A program made the position numbers and the translations under genes. A DNA stretch of 64,000 nt from Escherichia coli (GTDB lineage Bacteria > Pseudomonadota > Gammaproteobacteria > Enterobacterales > Enterobacteriaceae). Shown here one piece after another: positions 33,648-41,978 of this stretch. Each line of letters begins with the position of its first letter. The stretch's first letter is position 1. Location: the NCBI RefSeq assembly GCF_003018255.1, contig NZ_CP027440.1; one strand, given 5' to 3'. The notes under the pieces were generated by a model. The model searched no databases. It was not told where the DNA came from and worked only from the letters and a program-made list of their open reading frames with translations.

Positions 33648-34648
33648 AAACAGAACGTATTCTCGGTGCTCTTTATGGGCAGGCGTTAGGGGATGCGATG
33701 GGGATGCCCTCCGAGCTTTGGCCGCGCAGTCGCGTCAAAGCACACTTTGGCTGGATTGACCGTTTTCTGCCTGGGCCAAAGGAGAATAACGCAGCCTGTT
33801 ATTTTAACCGCGCCGAATTCACCGACGATACCTCGATGGCGCTGTGTCTGGCGGATGCGTTACTGGAACGTGAAGGCAAGATCGATCCGGATCTGATTGG
33901 GCGTAATATTCTCGACTGGGCGCTGCGTTTCGACGCCTTTAACAAAAACGTACTAGGTCCGACCTCGAAGATTGCTCTCAACGCCATTCGCGACGGTAAA
34001 CCCGTTGCTGAACTGGAAAACAACGGCGTGACCAACGGCGCAGCGATGCGCGTCTCGCCATTAGGTTGTTTGCTTCCGGCGCGTGATGTTGATTCCTTTA
34101 TTGATGATGTGGCGCTGGCCTCCAGCCCGACACATAAATCCGATCTGGCGGTTGCGGGGGCGGTAGTCATCGCATGGGCGATTTCTCGTGCCATTGACGG
34201 AGAAAGCTGGTCAGCGATTGTTGATTCACTGCCTTCAATTGCGCGACATGCTCAACAAAAACGCATCACTACCTTCAGCGCCTCACTGGCAGCACGTCTG
34301 GAGATTGCGCTGAAAATTGTGCGCAATGCCGACGGCACCGAATCCGCCAGCGAACAGCTTTACCAGGTCGTTGGCGCAGGTACCAGCACTATTGAGTCCG
34401 TTCCGTGCGCCATTGCGCTGGTTGAACTGGCACAAACCGACCCGAACCGTTGCGCCGTCCTGTGCGCTAACCTTGGCGGCGACACAGACACCATCGGTGC
34501 TATGGCGACGGCAATTTGCGGCGCGTTGCATGGCGTTAATACTATCGATCCTGCGTTAAAGGCGGAACTGGATACAGTAAATCAGCTTGATTTCAACCGC
34601 TATGCCACGGCGCTGGCGAAGTATCGCCAACAACGGGAGGCGATATGA
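33644..34648 (+). CDS. yegU: ADP-ribosylglycohydrolase-family protein YegU
   Basis: 334 aa with the N-terminal GDAMGMP motif and the C-terminal GGDTDTIGAM motif typical of the DraG/ARH fold. ATGA overlap with yegT. Confidence 0.9.
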   Translation: MKTERILGALYGQALGDAMGMPSELWPRSRVKAHFGWIDRFLPGPKENNAACYFNRAEFTDDTSMALCLADALLEREGKIDPDLIGRNILDWALRFDAFNKNVLGPTSKIALNAIRDGKPVAELENNGVTNGAAMRVSPLGCLLPARDVDSFIDDVALASSPTHKSDLAVAGAVVIAWAISRAIDGESWSAIVDSLPSIARHAQQKRITTFSASLAARLEIALKIVRNADGTESASEQLYQVVGAGTSTIESVPCAIALVELAQTDPNRCAVLCANLGGDTDTIGAMATAICGALHGVNTIDPALKAELDTVNQLDFNRYATALAKYRQQREAI

Positions 34649-35610
34649 GCGGCGCTCGATTACACACGCTGCTGCCTGAATTAACCTCGCGTCAGCCAGT
34701 TATGGTGATTGGCGCGGCGGTCATTGATGTGATCGCCGACGCTTATGCCCTCCCCTGGCGTGGGTGCGATATCGAACTGAAACAGCAGAGCGTTAACGTT
34801 GGCGGCTGTGCACTGAATATTGCCGTGGCATTAAAGCGCCTCGGCATCGAAGCGGGTAATGCCTTGCCGCTCGGTCAGGGGGTGTGGGCGGAGATTATTC
34901 GCAACCGGATGGCAAAAGAGGACTTAATCAGCCTGATCGATAACGCCGAAGGTGATAACGGCTGGTGTCTGGCGCTGGTTGAGCCTGATGGCGAACGCAC
35001 TTTTATGTCATTCAGCGGTGTGGAAAATCAGTGGAATCGCCAGTGGCTGGCGCGATTAACCGTTGCGCCTGGCAGCCTGCTCTATTTTTCCGGTTATCAA
35101 CTGGCCTCGCCCTGCGGCGAATTGTTAGTGGAATGGCTGGAAAAGCTGCAAGACGTGACGCCGTTTATCGATTTTGGCCCACGTATTGGCGATATCCCGG
35201 ATGCATTACTGGCGCGGATCATGGCCTGTCGACCTTTAGTGTCACTCAATCGTCAAGAGGCTGAGATTGCCGCCGAACGTTTTGCTTTATCCGCAGAGAT
35301 AACAACACTTGGCAAGCAATGGCAGGAGAAATTTGCCGCGCCGTTGATCGTTCGTCTCGATAAAGAGGGCGCATGGTATTTCAGCAACGACGCTTCTGGC
35401 TGCATTCCGGCATTTCCAACGCAAGTTGTAGACACCATTGGGGCGGGCGACAGTCATGCCGGTGGCGTACTTGCCGGGCTGGCCTCTGGTCTGCCACTGG
35501 CGGATGCCGTATTACTGGGCAATGCAGTGGCGTCGTGGGTTGTCGGGCATCGGGGCGGTGATTGTGCGCCAACGCGCGAGGAACTACTCCTCGCACACAA
35601 AAACGTATAG
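34645..35610 (+). CDS. yegV: PfkB-family sugar/nucleoside kinase YegV
   Basis: 321 aa with the VDTIGAGDSHAGG PfkB signature. ATGA overlap with yegU. Confidence 0.9.
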   Translation: MSGARLHTLLPELTSRQPVMVIGAAVIDVIADAYALPWRGCDIELKQQSVNVGGCALNIAVALKRLGIEAGNALPLGQGVWAEIIRNRMAKEDLISLIDNAEGDNGWCLALVEPDGERTFMSFSGVENQWNRQWLARLTVAPGSLLYFSGYQLASPCGELLVEWLEKLQDVTPFIDFGPRIGDIPDALLARIMACRPLVSLNRQEAEIAAERFALSAEITTLGKQWQEKFAAPLIVRLDKEGAWYFSNDASGCIPAFPTQVVDTIGAGDSHAGGVLAGLASGLPLADAVLLGNAVASWVVGHRGGDCAPTREELLLAHKNV

Positions 35611-36330
35611 ATCGCTGCGACAGTGGCTGATGCTGTACTCAATAGGCCGTTGCTGTTGGTCAAGCGCCACTTGCTTGATCACCAGCACCGGTATTTTGCT
35701 ATCTAACTGAATATGTGACTGAAACTCGGCATCCGGCATCCGGGCGCTAACGCGGGAACGCGTACGTTGTGGGTAAATGTGCTGGCTGCGGAAGTAGTCA
35801 TAAAGAGAAATCCCGATGGCATCAACATCATGAATTAAATGTGCCGGAACCCACGATTCCTCAATCGATACCGCCTCTTCATCGACATAGCGAATACGCT
35901 TAAGCAAAAAGACATCACTTCCCGCTTCGACCGCCAGCTGCTGCGCGACTTCTTCGGGACATTTCACGACACGCTTGTTAACCCATAACGTATCGGGCTT
36001 TTTCCCGCGCAATACCACCTGCTGAGAAAACCCCCGCGCTTCTTTCAGCGAGTATTCGAAGATGTTGTTGATCTGCGTGCCGTAACCACGCGAACGCGTC
36101 ACCACGCCCTCTTCTTCCAGCGACTGCATCGCCTTGCGCACCGTAATGCGCGAAACGCCGGTTAACTGACTTAAATCACGCTCACCGGGCAAAATATTGC
36201 CATGCTCCAGCACCCCGCTGCGCACGGCATTTTTTACCGTTTCGGCAAACTTAATATAAAGCGGCGTGTTATCCGCCGCTAAAATACGCTCGTTCAGTTG
36301 GGCAATCAGCTGGGTATGCGCTTGTTCCAT
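35584..36330 (-). CDS. yegW: GntR/HutC-family transcriptional regulator YegW
   Basis: 248 aa with an N-terminal winged HTH (LPGERDLSQLTGVSRITVRKAM) plus a UTRA-like C-terminus. It is convergent with yegV and overlaps it by 27 nt. Confidence 0.9.
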   Translation of the reverse strand: MEQAHTQLIAQLNERILAADNTPLYIKFAETVKNAVRSGVLEHGNILPGERDLSQLTGVSRITVRKAMQSLEEEGVVTRSRGYGTQINNIFEYSLKEARGFSQQVVLRGKKPDTLWVNKRVVKCPEEVAQQLAVEAGSDVFLLKRIRYVDEEAVSIEESWVPAHLIHDVDAIGISLYDYFRSQHIYPQRTRSRVSARMPDAEFQSHIQLDSKIPVLVIKQVALDQQQRPIEYSISHCRSDLYVFVCEE

Positions 36331-36381
36331 TTGTCTTTTTCCTGCCGGGGAATCTGGTGGGAGTATATCACTGCTTCTTAT

Positions 36382-37200
36382 TTAAGGCGTTTCTTTAATC
36401 CCATCAACGAATGCCTGCAACTCCTCCACCGTGCCATTAAACACATTAAAATCCACCGGACCATTAATGCCATCGACCTGTCCACGGTCGGAATGCTGCC
36501 AGAAGCGCCAGGCCATGCCGTCATTGTCCGGGCGACGTTGATAATAGTGAGCCACCCACCACGGATATTCATTGAAATAGCCCGCCAGATTGGTGTGATA
36601 AAAAACGGCTCCTGAGTAAATAATTGGCTTTTTACCCGTACGTTTTTCGACCATTTTTAGCCACTGACTTACCCGCTTGCGTAATTCTTTTGCCGATAAT
36701 TTTCCCCGTTCTTCTACGTCCAGCACGGCAGGGAAATCGCCTTGTGAGAAATCCACCGTTTGCAGAAATAATCTCGCCTGAACTGAAGCAGATACCGACG
36801 GGGAAAAATAATGATACGCCCCGCGCAGCAGGCCATTTTCGCGGCTTAGTTGCCAGTTACGCGAAAAATAGGGGTCCACCAGCTTTTCGCCTTCCGTCGC
36901 CTTAATAAAAGCAAACTGTAAGCGGATACCGTTGTCGCGCATTTTTGCCACACGCTGCCAGTCGATCCGCTCCTGCCAGCGTGAAACATCTATTCCGTGA
37001 ATGGTGTAACTGGCAGGAATGCGAATAGCGAAAGATTTAACCGGGCGATAACCGTAGAAGTGGATGTAGTCTTTAATCTGAATTGCTGTCGAATAGAAAA
37101 AATTCACCGTCTGACGCGGATAAATTGCAACGATGGAAATTAGCCCAAGAGCGCATAATAAAACGGTGAATTTTTTTCGACTGGTGATTCTCAACTGCAT
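36382..37200 (-). CDS. yegX: Glycoside hydrolase family 25 (lysozyme-like) protein YegX with an N-terminal membrane anchor
   Basis: The track ORF starts at 37209 (MKPMQL); the E. coli annotation starts at MQLRITS. GH25 hallmarks are present: HGIDVSRWQERIDW and FAFIKATEG. Hydrophobic N-terminus FTVLLCALGLISIVAIY. Confidence 0.87.
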   Translation of the reverse strand: MQLRITSRKKFTVLLCALGLISIVAIYPRQTVNFFYSTAIQIKDYIHFYGYRPVKSFAIRIPASYTIHGIDVSRWQERIDWQRVAKMRDNGIRLQFAFIKATEGEKLVDPYFSRNWQLSRENGLLRGAYHYFSPSVSASVQARLFLQTVDFSQGDFPAVLDVEERGKLSAKELRKRVSQWLKMVEKRTGKKPIIYSGAVFYHTNLAGYFNEYPWWVAHYYQRRPDNDGMAWRFWQHSDRGQVDGINGPVDFNVFNGTVEELQAFVDGIKETP

Positions 37201-37264
37201 TGGTTTCATCCCTGAATGTCAGCACCAAAGGCTGACAATAACCAAAGCAGCTATAGTACGGTGC

Positions 37265-38065
37265 TCACCACCAGGCGTGGAAGTGGTGAACCGGACCAAT
37301 ACCGTGACCAACTTCCAGCGTGTCGGCCTGGGCTAATGCCGATGAAAGCCAGCTTTTTGCCTCCTGTACGGTGTCAGCCCAGTTTGTATGGCGCGGGCGT
37401 AGTGCAGCCAACGCCGCAGAGAGCGTACAACCAGTGCCGTGGGTGTTTTTGGTCATAATGCGCGGTGCAGTAAATCGTTGTTCCCCCTCACGAGTAAACA
37501 GCCAGTCCGGGCTTTGCTCATCATCCAGATGACCACCTTTCATTAGCACTGCGCCACAGCCCATCACCAACAGCGATCGCCCTTGTTCCAGCATTTCCTG
37601 TTCGGTGCGCGCGTGTGGCGCGTCGAGCAAGGCGGCTGCTTCGGGCAAGTTTGGCGTTATTAATGAAACATGTGGCAATAATCGACTGCGCAGCGTAGCA
37701 ACCGCCGAAGGTGAAAGCAGCGGGTCGCCGCTTTTTGCCAGCATAACGGTGTCGAGTACCACGTTTTGGATCTGATAACGTTGCAACCGTTCTGCCACCG
37801 CTTCAACAATATCGGTTTCCGCCAACATACCGATTTTAGTGGTGTCGATTCGCACATCACTGAACACCGAATCGAGCTGGGCGGCGACAAAATCAGGCTC
37901 AATGCGATACACCGACTGTACACCACGGGTATTTTGCGCCACCAGTGCAGTAATAACTGAGCAACCATAAGCGCCAAGTGCCGAGAAGGTTTTAAGATCG
38001 GCCTGAATCCCCGCACCACCACTCGGATCAGTACCGGCAATCGTCAGAGCGTTAATTCGTTTCAT
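37265..38065 (-). CDS. thiD: Hydroxymethylpyrimidine / phosphomethylpyrimidine kinase ThiD
   Basis: 266 aa with [20 protein letters not shown]. Overlaps the thiM stop. Confidence 0.96.
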   Translation of the reverse strand: MKRINALTIAGTDPSGGAGIQADLKTFSALGAYGCSVITALVAQNTRGVQSVYRIEPDFVAAQLDSVFSDVRIDTTKIGMLAETDIVEAVAERLQRYQIQNVVLDTVMLAKSGDPLLSPSAVATLRSRLLPHVSLITPNLPEAAALLDAPHARTEQEMLEQGRSLLVMGCGAVLMKGGHLDDEQSPDWLFTREGEQRFTAPRIMTKNTHGTGCTLSAALAALRPRHTNWADTVQEAKSWLSSALAQADTLEVGHGIGPVHHFHAWW

Positions 38066-38850
38066 GCCTGCACCTCCTGCGTCAATTGCCAGAGCGCATC
38101 AAGGAAATGTGGAACAAAACTGCCTGGCCCCTCGCTTCTGGCAACTGCGCGTTCTCCGGCTTGTTTCATCCAGTGACAGGCAGATGCGATATTTTCCAGC
38201 GTATCGCCTGGTAGCGCACAACAGGCAGCGACAACCGCCGATAGTGCACAGCCAGTTCCTACCACTTTGGCCATTAGCGGATCGCCACCGTGAATGCCAA
38301 CGGTGCGACGACCATCGGTAACATAATCCACCTCGCCAGTGACCACGACGATTGCGCCAGTTTCCCGTGCCAGTGTTTGTGCAGCGGGTATCGCATTAGC
38401 TGCGGCGTCAGTGGTATCCACTCCCCGTCCACCATTAGCAACGCCAGCTAATGCCATGATTTCCGAAGCATTACCACGTATGGCGGTTGGCTTATGGGAC
38501 AGAAGTTCCACACAAAAACGGCGGCGATAATCGAGCGCACCAACCGCAACCGGATCAAGCGTCCAGGGCGTTTGTGATCGTGTTGCTTGCTCAACGGCAG
38601 CACTCATCGCTTGCGCTCGTGGCTGCGTCAGTGTGCCAACGTTAATCAGCAACGCACTGGCGATAGCCGCAAACTGACTGGCTTCTTCGGTTTCGATAAC
38701 CATCGCTGGCGATGCACCGAGCGCCAGCAAGGTATTGGCAGTAAAGGTTTGCACCACATCGTTGGTCATACAGTGCACAAGAGGGGAATGTTGGTGAAAA
38801 AGGTGTAACGCGTGCGCAGATTGCGCTGAACTCAGCAGGTCGACTTGCAT
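38062..38850 (-). CDS. thiM: Hydroxyethylthiazole kinase ThiM
   Basis: 262-aa ORF preceded by the TPP riboswitch. Confidence 0.96.
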   Translation of the reverse strand: MQVDLLSSAQSAHALHLFHQHSPLVHCMTNDVVQTFTANTLLALGASPAMVIETEEASQFAAIASALLINVGTLTQPRAQAMSAAVEQATRSQTPWTLDPVAVGALDYRRRFCVELLSHKPTAIRGNASEIMALAGVANGGRGVDTTDAAANAIPAAQTLARETGAIVVVTGEVDYVTDGRRTVGIHGGDPLMAKVVGTGCALSAVVAACCALPGDTLENIASACHWMKQAGERAVARSEGPGSFVPHFLDALWQLTQEVQA

Positions 38851-38985
38851 AGTTTGCTCCTGCCATAACGTGAAGAAGCAATGACCTGGTGGTCCGTGAC
38901 TTCCCTACGCTGGCATTATCCAGATCAGGTGATACGGGTATTTCTCAGCCTTCACAAAGAAGGGCACCCCGAGTCGTTTGGTTGC
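38851..38985 (-). promoter_or_regulatory. TPP (THI-box) riboswitch of thiMD
   Basis: The minus strand reads ...GGGGTGCCCTTCTTTGTGAAGGCTGAGAAATACCCGTATCACCTGATCTGGATAATGCCAGCGTAGGGAAGTCACGGACCACCAGGTCATTGCTTCTTCACGTTATGGCAGGAGCAAACTATG. This is the classic thiM aptamer plus SD-sequestering expression platform. Confidence 0.93.
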
Positions 38986-39072
38986 GATAATAAATCGCAG
39001 AGGAGGATGGTAATGTCCAGCGCACGCGTTGTAAACGGGGAAAAACGGCGGTATTACAATCGCGTTAATAAA

Positions 39073-39345
39073 TTATTTGATATAAGAATCCAGCACCTTC
39101 AGAACGACATCCAGATCTTCTTCACGTTTTAGCTCATCCCCCTGGTGAACGATGTGTTCCGTCAGATGGCCTTTAATCACTTCCCGCATCAGACCGTTTA
39201 CCGCGCCACGGATAGCAGCAATCTGTTGTAAAACTGCAGCGCATTCATGCGGTTCGTCGAGCATTTTCTTGAGCGCCACGACCTGGCCCTGAATCTTACT
39301 GGCACGCGCTTTCAGTTTCTGTTTATCACGGATTGTATGAGACAT
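39073..39345 (-). CDS. rcnR: Ni/Co-responsive repressor RcnR (CsoR/RcnR family)
   Basis: 90 aa beginning [21 protein letters not shown].... Confidence 0.95.
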
Positions 39346-39393
39346 GGCAACACCTGGTTAACAAGAATATGAAAAATCATAGCACTATTAATC

Positions 39394-39428
39394 TACTGGG
39401 GGGTAGTATAAGGTACTGGGGGGGAGTA
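39394..39428. promoter_or_regulatory. Two RcnR operator sites (TACT-G6/7-N-AGTA)
   Basis: TACTGGGGGGTAGTA (39394-39408) and TACTGGGGGGGAGTA (39414-39428) lie in the rcnR-rcnA divergent intergenic region. Confidence 0.8.
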
Positions 39429-39465
39429 GAATCAGATTGCCGAATTAATACTAAGAATTATTATC

Positions 39466-40290
39466 ATGACCGAATTTACAACACTTCTTCAGCAAGGAAA
39501 CGCCTGGTTCTTCATCCCCAGCGCCATCTTACTTGGTGCGCTTCATGGCCTGGAACCGGGGCACTCAAAAACGATGATGGCGGCGTTTATCATCGCCATC
39601 AAAGGCACCATTAAACAGGCGGTGATGCTCGGACTGGCAGCAACTATTTCGCATACCGCAGTGGTCTGGTTAATTGCCTTTGGCGGGATGGTGATCAGCA
39701 AACGCTTTACTGCTCAATCAGCAGAACCGTGGCTCCAGTTGATTTCCGCAGTGATCATTATTAGCACCGCGTTCTGGATGTTCTGGCGTACCTGGCGCGG
39801 CGAACGCAACTGGCTGGAGAATATGCACGAGCATGATCATGAGCATCATCACCACGATCACGAAGATCACCACGACCATGGACATCATCACCATCACGAA
39901 CATGGCGAGTATCAGGATGCCCATGCACGAGCCCATGCCAATGACATTAAACGACGCTTTGATGGTAGAGAGGTCACCAACTGGCAAATTTTGCTATTTG
40001 GCTTAACCGGTGGCCTTATCCCCTGCCCGGCAGCAATTACCGTGCTGTTGATTTGCATTCAGTTGAAAGCCCTGACACTGGGCGCAACACTGGTCGTCAG
40101 TTTCAGCCTCGGCCTGGCGTTAACGCTTGTCACCGTAGGCGTTGGCGCAGCAATCAGCGTTCAGCAGGTCGCAAAACGCTGGAGCGGATTTAACACTCTC
40201 GCTAAACGCGCTCCCTATTTTTCCAGTCTGTTGATTGGCTTAGTTGGTGTGTATATGGGCGTACATGGCTTCATGGGCATAATGCGATAA
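39466..40290 (+). CDS. rcnA: Ni/Co efflux protein RcnA
   Basis: 274-aa membrane ORF with a His/Asp/Glu-rich loop (HEHDHEHHHHDHEDHHDHGHHHHHEHGEYQDAHARAHAND, nt ~39826-39936). Confidence 0.95.
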   Translation: MTEFTTLLQQGNAWFFIPSAILLGALHGLEPGHSKTMMAAFIIAIKGTIKQAVMLGLAATISHTAVVWLIAFGGMVISKRFTAQSAEPWLQLISAVIIISTAFWMFWRTWRGERNWLENMHEHDHEHHHHDHEDHHDHGHHHHHEHGEYQDAHARAHANDIKRRFDGREVTNWQILLFGLTGGLIPCPAAITVLLICIQLKALTLGATLVVSFSLGLALTLVTVGVGAAISVQQVAKRWSGFNTLAKRAPYFSSLLIGLVGVYMGVHGFMGIMR

Positions 40291-40508
40291 CTCAATCCTT
40301 TAGGCTTGCATGTTATCTTCAGCCCAGGATGATTCTTAAATCAGCTATTTCCGCTGACTCTCTGCTCGCTAAGGATGCTTTTAGGGCATCCTTTCATTTA
40401 CACTTTTTACGAAATCATGGGATCACTAACAAAATATCGCTTGTCAGTTATATTGTATGGCAGGAAAGATATGCGACTGATATTACAGATCCCCAAAGTG
40501 GAGAGTTT

Positions 40509-40847
40509 ATGACCATTAAAAATAAGATGTTGCTGGGTGCGCTTTTGCTGGTTACCAGTGCCGCCTGGGCCGCACCAGCCACCGCGGGTTCGACCAATAC
40601 CTCGGGAATTTCTAAGTATGAGTTAAGCAGTTTCATTGCTGACTTTAAGCATTTCAAACCAGGTGACACCGTCCCAGAGATGTACCGCACCGATGAGTAC
40701 AACATTAAGCAGTGGCAGTTACGTAACCTGCCCGCGCCTGATGCCGGGACGCACTGGACCTATATGGGTGGCGCGTACGTGTTGATCAGCGACACCGACG
40801 GTAAAATCATTAAAGCCTACGACGGTGAGATTTTTTATCATCGCTAA
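40509..40847 (+). CDS. rcnB: Periplasmic Ni/Co homeostasis protein RcnB (YohN)
   Basis: Track ORF 40329..40847. The conserved start is ATG 40509 (MTIKNKMLLGALLLVTSAAWA signal peptide), giving 112 aa. Confidence 0.9.
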   Translation: MTIKNKMLLGALLLVTSAAWAAPATAGSTNTSGISKYELSSFIADFKHFKPGDTVPEMYRTDEYNIKQWQLRNLPAPDAGTHWTYMGGAYVLISDTDGKIIKAYDGEIFYHR

Positions 40848-40874
40848 AAAAAAGCCCCCTCGGAGAGAGGGGGG
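40846..40874 (-). terminator. Hairpin terminator between rcnB and yehA (T-run on the minus strand)
   Basis: The minus strand reads CCCCCCTCTCTCCGAGGGGGC followed by TTTTTTTT. It may also stop rcnB transcription. Confidence 0.7.
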
Positions 40875-40928
40875 AATGCAGACACCTTAATATTTTTATT
40901 ATTAGCCACTTGCTCGTCTTGCTTGTTA

Positions 40929-41963
40929 TTAGTCGTATTTCACGTTGATTAATGCGGTTGCCTCCAGTGCGCCAGATTTAACTTTGTTTGTATCGTAGAC
41001 GTAGTAACTGGCCGTTATCGGAATTGAAACCGTTGTATCTGTAAGTTTTGACTTTGCCGCAATTTCTTTTAAATTTGTATATCCTTTACTGCTGTTAGTG
41101 ATATTTAAAAGTGTGACTGGCGTACCATTACTTTCAAGAATAAATCCTACGCCATTATCTTCCGCACCTTTCAGGATCGTGTTGCTGTTGGTTAACAAGT
41201 CAGAACTTGATAAATACACCTGCATTTTCCGTGATGTTTGATTTTGTTGACCTAATAAATTTTTACAACGCAGAATAATATCCCCTTTTTTACTATTTAT
41301 TGTTGTTTTGTTACCTGTGGCTGGTAATTGTGAAACGGGAATACTCTCTAACGTAATTAATAAATCGTCCGGTTTGCAGGTTGTGGTTATCGGGTTGTAT
41401 GACAATGTCAGATTAAAGGAATAGACACCTGCATTTTGTGCCAATGCATTTCTGTAGCTATTTACACATGCATCCCATGACTTACCACCTAATAAACACA
41501 GTAGAAATTGTACTGCGGCACTCCCGCGTGTCGATGATGAAGCACTGGATAATGTCGCAACTCCATTAATCATCACTGAACCACCGCCCCCCGCAGAAAC
41601 ATTCACTTTTGCATTACTGGCCGCAGGTGTCACCGTCACCGAATAACCACTGGTGAAACTGGTCTGATTATTTGACAACGTAATGTTGTTTTTATTGGTC
41701 CATTCAAAATGTAAATTTAATTTAATGGTATCGTTATAAAGTCCAACAATAATATCCGACGGGCTCATAGGTGTGATAGTATTTGTACTCACGCATGACG
41801 AATCATTAAAATTATGCTCATATGTCGCCATTTGTGTTTGAGTAAGTGCAAAATCCCCCTGAACAACCAAATTGTGCTGAACAGATAACTCACTATAACA
41901 TGCCGCATAGCTCACAGGCATAACCATCATCATTACTATAAATAGCATTATGCGAATTTCCAT
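40929..41963 (-). CDS. yehA: Yeh fimbrial tip adhesin-like subunit YehA
   Basis: 344 aa with a signal peptide and a Ser/Thr/Asn-rich beta-type composition. It is the last gene of the chaperone-usher operon. Confidence 0.88.
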   Translation of the reverse strand: MEIRIMLFIVMMMVMPVSYAACYSELSVQHNLVVQGDFALTQTQMATYEHNFNDSSCVSTNTITPMSPSDIIVGLYNDTIKLNLHFEWTNKNNITLSNNQTSFTSGYSVTVTPAASNAKVNVSAGGGGSVMINGVATLSSASSSTRGSAAVQFLLCLLGGKSWDACVNSYRNALAQNAGVYSFNLTLSYNPITTTCKPDDLLITLESIPVSQLPATGNKTTINSKKGDIILRCKNLLGQQNQTSRKMQVYLSSSDLLTNSNTILKGAEDNGVGFILESNGTPVTLLNITNSSKGYTNLKEIAAKSKLTDTTVSIPITASYYVYDTNKVKSGALEATALINVKYD

Positions 41964-41978
41964 AGAACCACCTGACTA

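Noticed and set aside
38935-38965. The thiM riboswitch differs from the K-12 sequence I remember in one hairpin loop (CTTCTTTGTGAAG vs CTTCTGCGTGAAG)
   Set aside because: The change is confined to the loop and the stem pairing is preserved, so it looks like neutral strain variation. My memory of the K-12 loop is also not certain.
39826-39936. A His-codon-rich low-complexity run that could be mistaken for a repeat or engineered His-tag
   Set aside because: It is the native metal-binding cytoplasmic loop of RcnA, in frame and flanked by its TM segments.
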